The notes under the pieces were generated by a model. It was not told the origin of the DNA and did not search any database. It saw only the letters and a list, made by a program, of their open reading frames with translations. Position numbers and translations under genes: made by a program. A DNA stretch of 64,000 bases from Schmidtea polychroa (Eukaryota), in contig CM097885.1 in the NCBI GenBank assembly GCA_044892525.1, positions 200,136,001-200,200,000 of the forward strand, in the 5' to 3' direction. Shown piece after piece: positions 60,453-64,000 of the stretch (position 1 is its first letter; each line of letters begins with the position of its first letter).

Positions 60453-61700
60453 TTGATTTATGCTTTATGTTGAAATAATATTTATGCTTGCAAGTTATCA
60501 ATGTAGCCTTGTTTTGGTTATGATGGAGAACAATTTTAACGTAGATCTATTTTGTGGATCCCTATATCATATCTAGAGAAATTTATGCCTGTAAAATATC
60601 ATTTCAACAACTTTTGAGTCGAATGAAAAGCACTTTTAGTGGAAAATTGTTTTTGTTATGAATCTATATATTGTAATTACATAACATTTGTGTCGACAAT
60701 TTACTTTTTATAGCTATTCAACTTAGTGTAGAATAATGTGAAGATGTTGCCCGAACTTATAAGTTATAGATATAACATTAGTAGTTTATAGATAAAGAGA
60801 CTTTGTCAATAGGTCTACGGGAATTTGCGCATACCAAGACCATTACGATAGAGAAATTTAGTTTGCATCAAAATAGGTTATTTTGTGGGCATCTATAGAT
60901 ATTAGTTCGCTTACCAGTGCGATTGAGATTATATCATCTTAGGTCCTACTCATCGCATGAACTTTAGGTTGCAGTATTCTTTCAGGGAATAGTTCAGAAT
61001 TTTTAAGTCTTTAATTTTCTTAAAAATTTTTGCGCAGGGATCTCCCTGTTATTTTGAGTTAATTAGTTTCTTAGGTTCACCTCGACTTTATCGTTTAAGA
61101 GGGATTCGTTTAGAAATAACCAGCTACACTAACATGTTCTATTGTGTGAAATTTGAGTCAGGGGATATTCCCCGTTTATCAGTTCCTAATGTTGTGTGCA
61201 AAATAGTATAATTTAAGTGTTATTTTAGATATGTAAGTTAACGAAAAGGTCAATTTAATTAAAATTTACCTACTTTCCCGACTACACTGAGTACGGTACG
61301 ATAGGCCCTATTGTAATATGTATCCACAATTAGTTTCCCATAGTCCCTGTGACTATGCCAACTACCAAGAAGGATTTATACGCCCTACTCATGGTTAAAC
61401 ACCAATAGTTCGTGGCGACCTCTGGTTAAGATTATGATTTTAGTGCATGTAGAGTCGAGGACCCGAAATCATTATGAACTGTGCATTCATAAATGATAAA
61501 GTTCATAGGTGCAGGGTTGGCTGGGATCTCGCTTCAAAATCATTGATAACCGACGATCTCATTCAAATCTACACCTCTATAATTAAATAGAAATAATGAA
61601 AACAAGGTTTCAATAATAATAATTTATAATTCACAATGAAATCGTCCTTACTTACAATCTCAGAAAAATCAAAATTAAAAATTTGGCCTAAGAGTAAGCA

Positions 61701-64000
61701 TTAGGGTGGGTCGAATGTTAATAAATTTTGAGTTCAAGAAAGGAAACATGGTTAAAAAGTTGTATTTTGGTATAGAAAAATCGAATCAAACCATTTTACT
61801 TAGATTTATGGACATTTACTGCTCCCAACTTTTCTCCGAAAATGCAGTTCAACATAAGTGTGAAAACAATGTAATTTAGCTAGTGTCGGAATGTGTTTTG
61901 CGCCTTTGTCCATATTTAGATGTAGCTTTCTTAAGAGCTTATAAGTATATTATTTACTCTCTTGGGCTGAGATAGTATATTCTGTGTCCTCATCCCGCAT
62001 TGAAATATATCCTGACAACGTCAGTGATTAGGAAGGGCCAAATTTGAATTATCCTTTTCAAAGACAAAAATCAACTTTCGAAATTATTTTTTATTAAAAA
62101 CATCCAGCCTAAAGTTTAGAAATGTATTAGCGAGGGCATAAAAAGAAGTCACATGAAATCAGCTTTGCTTTGCACCTTGGGCAATTCCTTCCTTGATTTT
62201 TTTCACAGTAGTACCATACCATGTCTGGACTTGTGACCAAACACTTTGCAACTGGTAGAAGAAACATCTTTGATGGCTCTTTCAACGGCTTGAGAATGAC
62301 AGGGAAATTGTTCTAATGTAATTTTCTTATTCATCTTCAATTCATGATCCAATATATGAGATAAAAGAGGGGGAGGCGTCAAATTACATTTTGTCCAGTC
62401 AATCATGTCAACATATGATGTAGCAGACGACTGAAGAAAGACAGTATTCTTGTCCATAGTGCGAATCACTTCGGAAGGGAGAAAATTTTGTCTTGCAGTT
62501 ATGATTTTTTCTGTTGCAAACTTTCTGATTTCTTCATCATCATCACCAACAGCAGCTAGGAGTATATTTTCTGGATGTGAGAAGTAATTGTTGTTCTGAA
62601 TGACAGGAAAGATGATTTCTTGGTCTGATGGATCCAAATCCTGCAGAAGTTGGAGCATATACAAAATATTTCTTGCACCATCTTGGCATGACGAGTGAGT
62701 CTTTATATAAAACCATGACGGTCCATAGAAATTGACAATAAATTTCACTATTCGCATGAGAGGTTCAGATGGAGCAGTTTCGGACATATATAGTCGCAGA
62801 ATTCTATTAGCTTTCGTTAGCCAGCGACTGTGATTCAAATTTCCTGGTTGTGCCATTTGTAGAAAAGGGAAATTCTTGTTGTTGTTCTGGACTGCCAAGC
62901 ATACTCTGAGGAAATACAATTGATCAGTGTTCAATTCTTTCTTGACATTTTCACTAATATCTACGACCTTTCCAGGAAGGGACATAAAGGCTACTACGGG
63001 CTTGTCTTTTGGATCAAAATCAAGAACGCTTCCTATTTCACCACATGACGTTTTTGGACCTTTTGTTTCTCCACCATCGACGACTGAAAAATACTTCCTG
63101 AATGGCAATTCATTTGCATGCAACAAGCATATCAGCCATTGTAGAGGTCGCCCTAGGCTTTTTTCGAGTCTTCTGATTATTCCATTATTTTTTCCGGTGT
63201 TTGTATTGGTTCCATCGCACACAATTGCTTGAAGGGTCAGTGAGGACTGCGTGCTAACGATGATTGACATGATTTCTTTGCCAATATCCACAGCTTTACT
63301 ACTTTGAGGTACAACATGATCGATATATGTATCCCCTGGAAAGGCGACAATCACATAATGCTCCTCTTTTAGGATCCTTCTATGAAGTAAGGTGGAATCT
63401 TGTTTCCCGTCGAAACCGAGGCAAATCAAGTTTTTCGCTTCTGCTGAATGCTGTTCAATTTCAATCTCCCTCCAGTACTTTCTCTGACGCCGTAATTTTG
63501 CGGGATCGATGATTGTTTGAGAGGATAACAGTTCCATATCTTTCAGAAAAGCGTTTACTAGCAAACACGTGTCTCTGTTGCTCACACCACATCTGTCAAC
63601 AGCTTTACTTAATTCAGGATAATGTCTTCTATTTTGAAATTCATCACATTCTTCTACGCTTGACTCTGAGCTTTCTGTTGAATTGTCTAACTTATCTTTA
63701 CTTTCATCACTAGCGGCTTCACTCTCCGTGTCACTTCTTGAGGTCGGATGTAGATCGTTAACTTCAGTGTCCATTATTTCATTTTTCATTTGTTTTCCTT
63801 TTCCTGTAGGGCTGCTTTTCGTTTGTTTTCTCTTCAATTTTGAGGTTTCCTGTCTGTCCGTATTTCCGATTTTCATGTTTCTGGTAGTTTGTTGGTCAAT
63901 CCAGAACTCCCACTCTAAGGTAGGAATTTTCAAGGCCAATCGGCATGTACACTGACTTCTTCCACGAGCACCATCATTAAAACATTTGCAGCAACATATG
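61701..64000 (-). mobile_element. hATm-like DNA transposon, 5' end outside the window
   Basis: Terminal TTAGGGTGGGTCG at 61701 and a long transposase ORF. The hATm label rests on recalled motif and terminus similarity. Confidence 0.6.
62149..64000 (-). CDS. DDE transposase with CxxH motif (hATm-like), 5'-partial, premature TGA near the C-terminus
   Basis: Frame open from base 64000. LGFDGKQDST, EEH, CDGTNTNTG, PLQWLICLLHANELPFR, WLTKANRILRLY, PCHSQAVER. After TGA 62203-62205 the frame continues KKSRKELPKVQSKADFM*. Confidence 0.8.

Overview
This is an AT-rich, transposon-dense scaffold from an invertebrate animal with short (about 41-50 nt) GT-AG introns and four N-gaps; the exact taxon cannot be determined. 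Four host genes are recognisable: a C9orf85/DUF2039 homologue (+), an intronless innexin (-), adducin (-, about 11 kb, with a complete hAT in an intron) and Nopp140/NOLC1 (-, about 36 acidic/basic repeats). The window opens inside the 3' end of an LTR retroelement: an env-like TM-anchored ORF tail, an intact ~690-aa accessory ORF with a catalytically degenerate DEDDh (REX4/ISG20-like) exonuclease fold, a PPT and a TGTT..AACA LTR. The 3' end of that element plus downstream DNA forms three near-identical 3,712-bp tandem copies joined by a 7-bp microhomology. The rest holds at least six hAT-type families, Tigger-derived MITEs, a solo LTR, a deleted Gypsy element, rolling-circle-like elements, a decayed coiled-coil/RING gene and several unclassified dispersed repeats, one with conserved stem-loops. 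All calls were made by eye; no alignments or searches were run.
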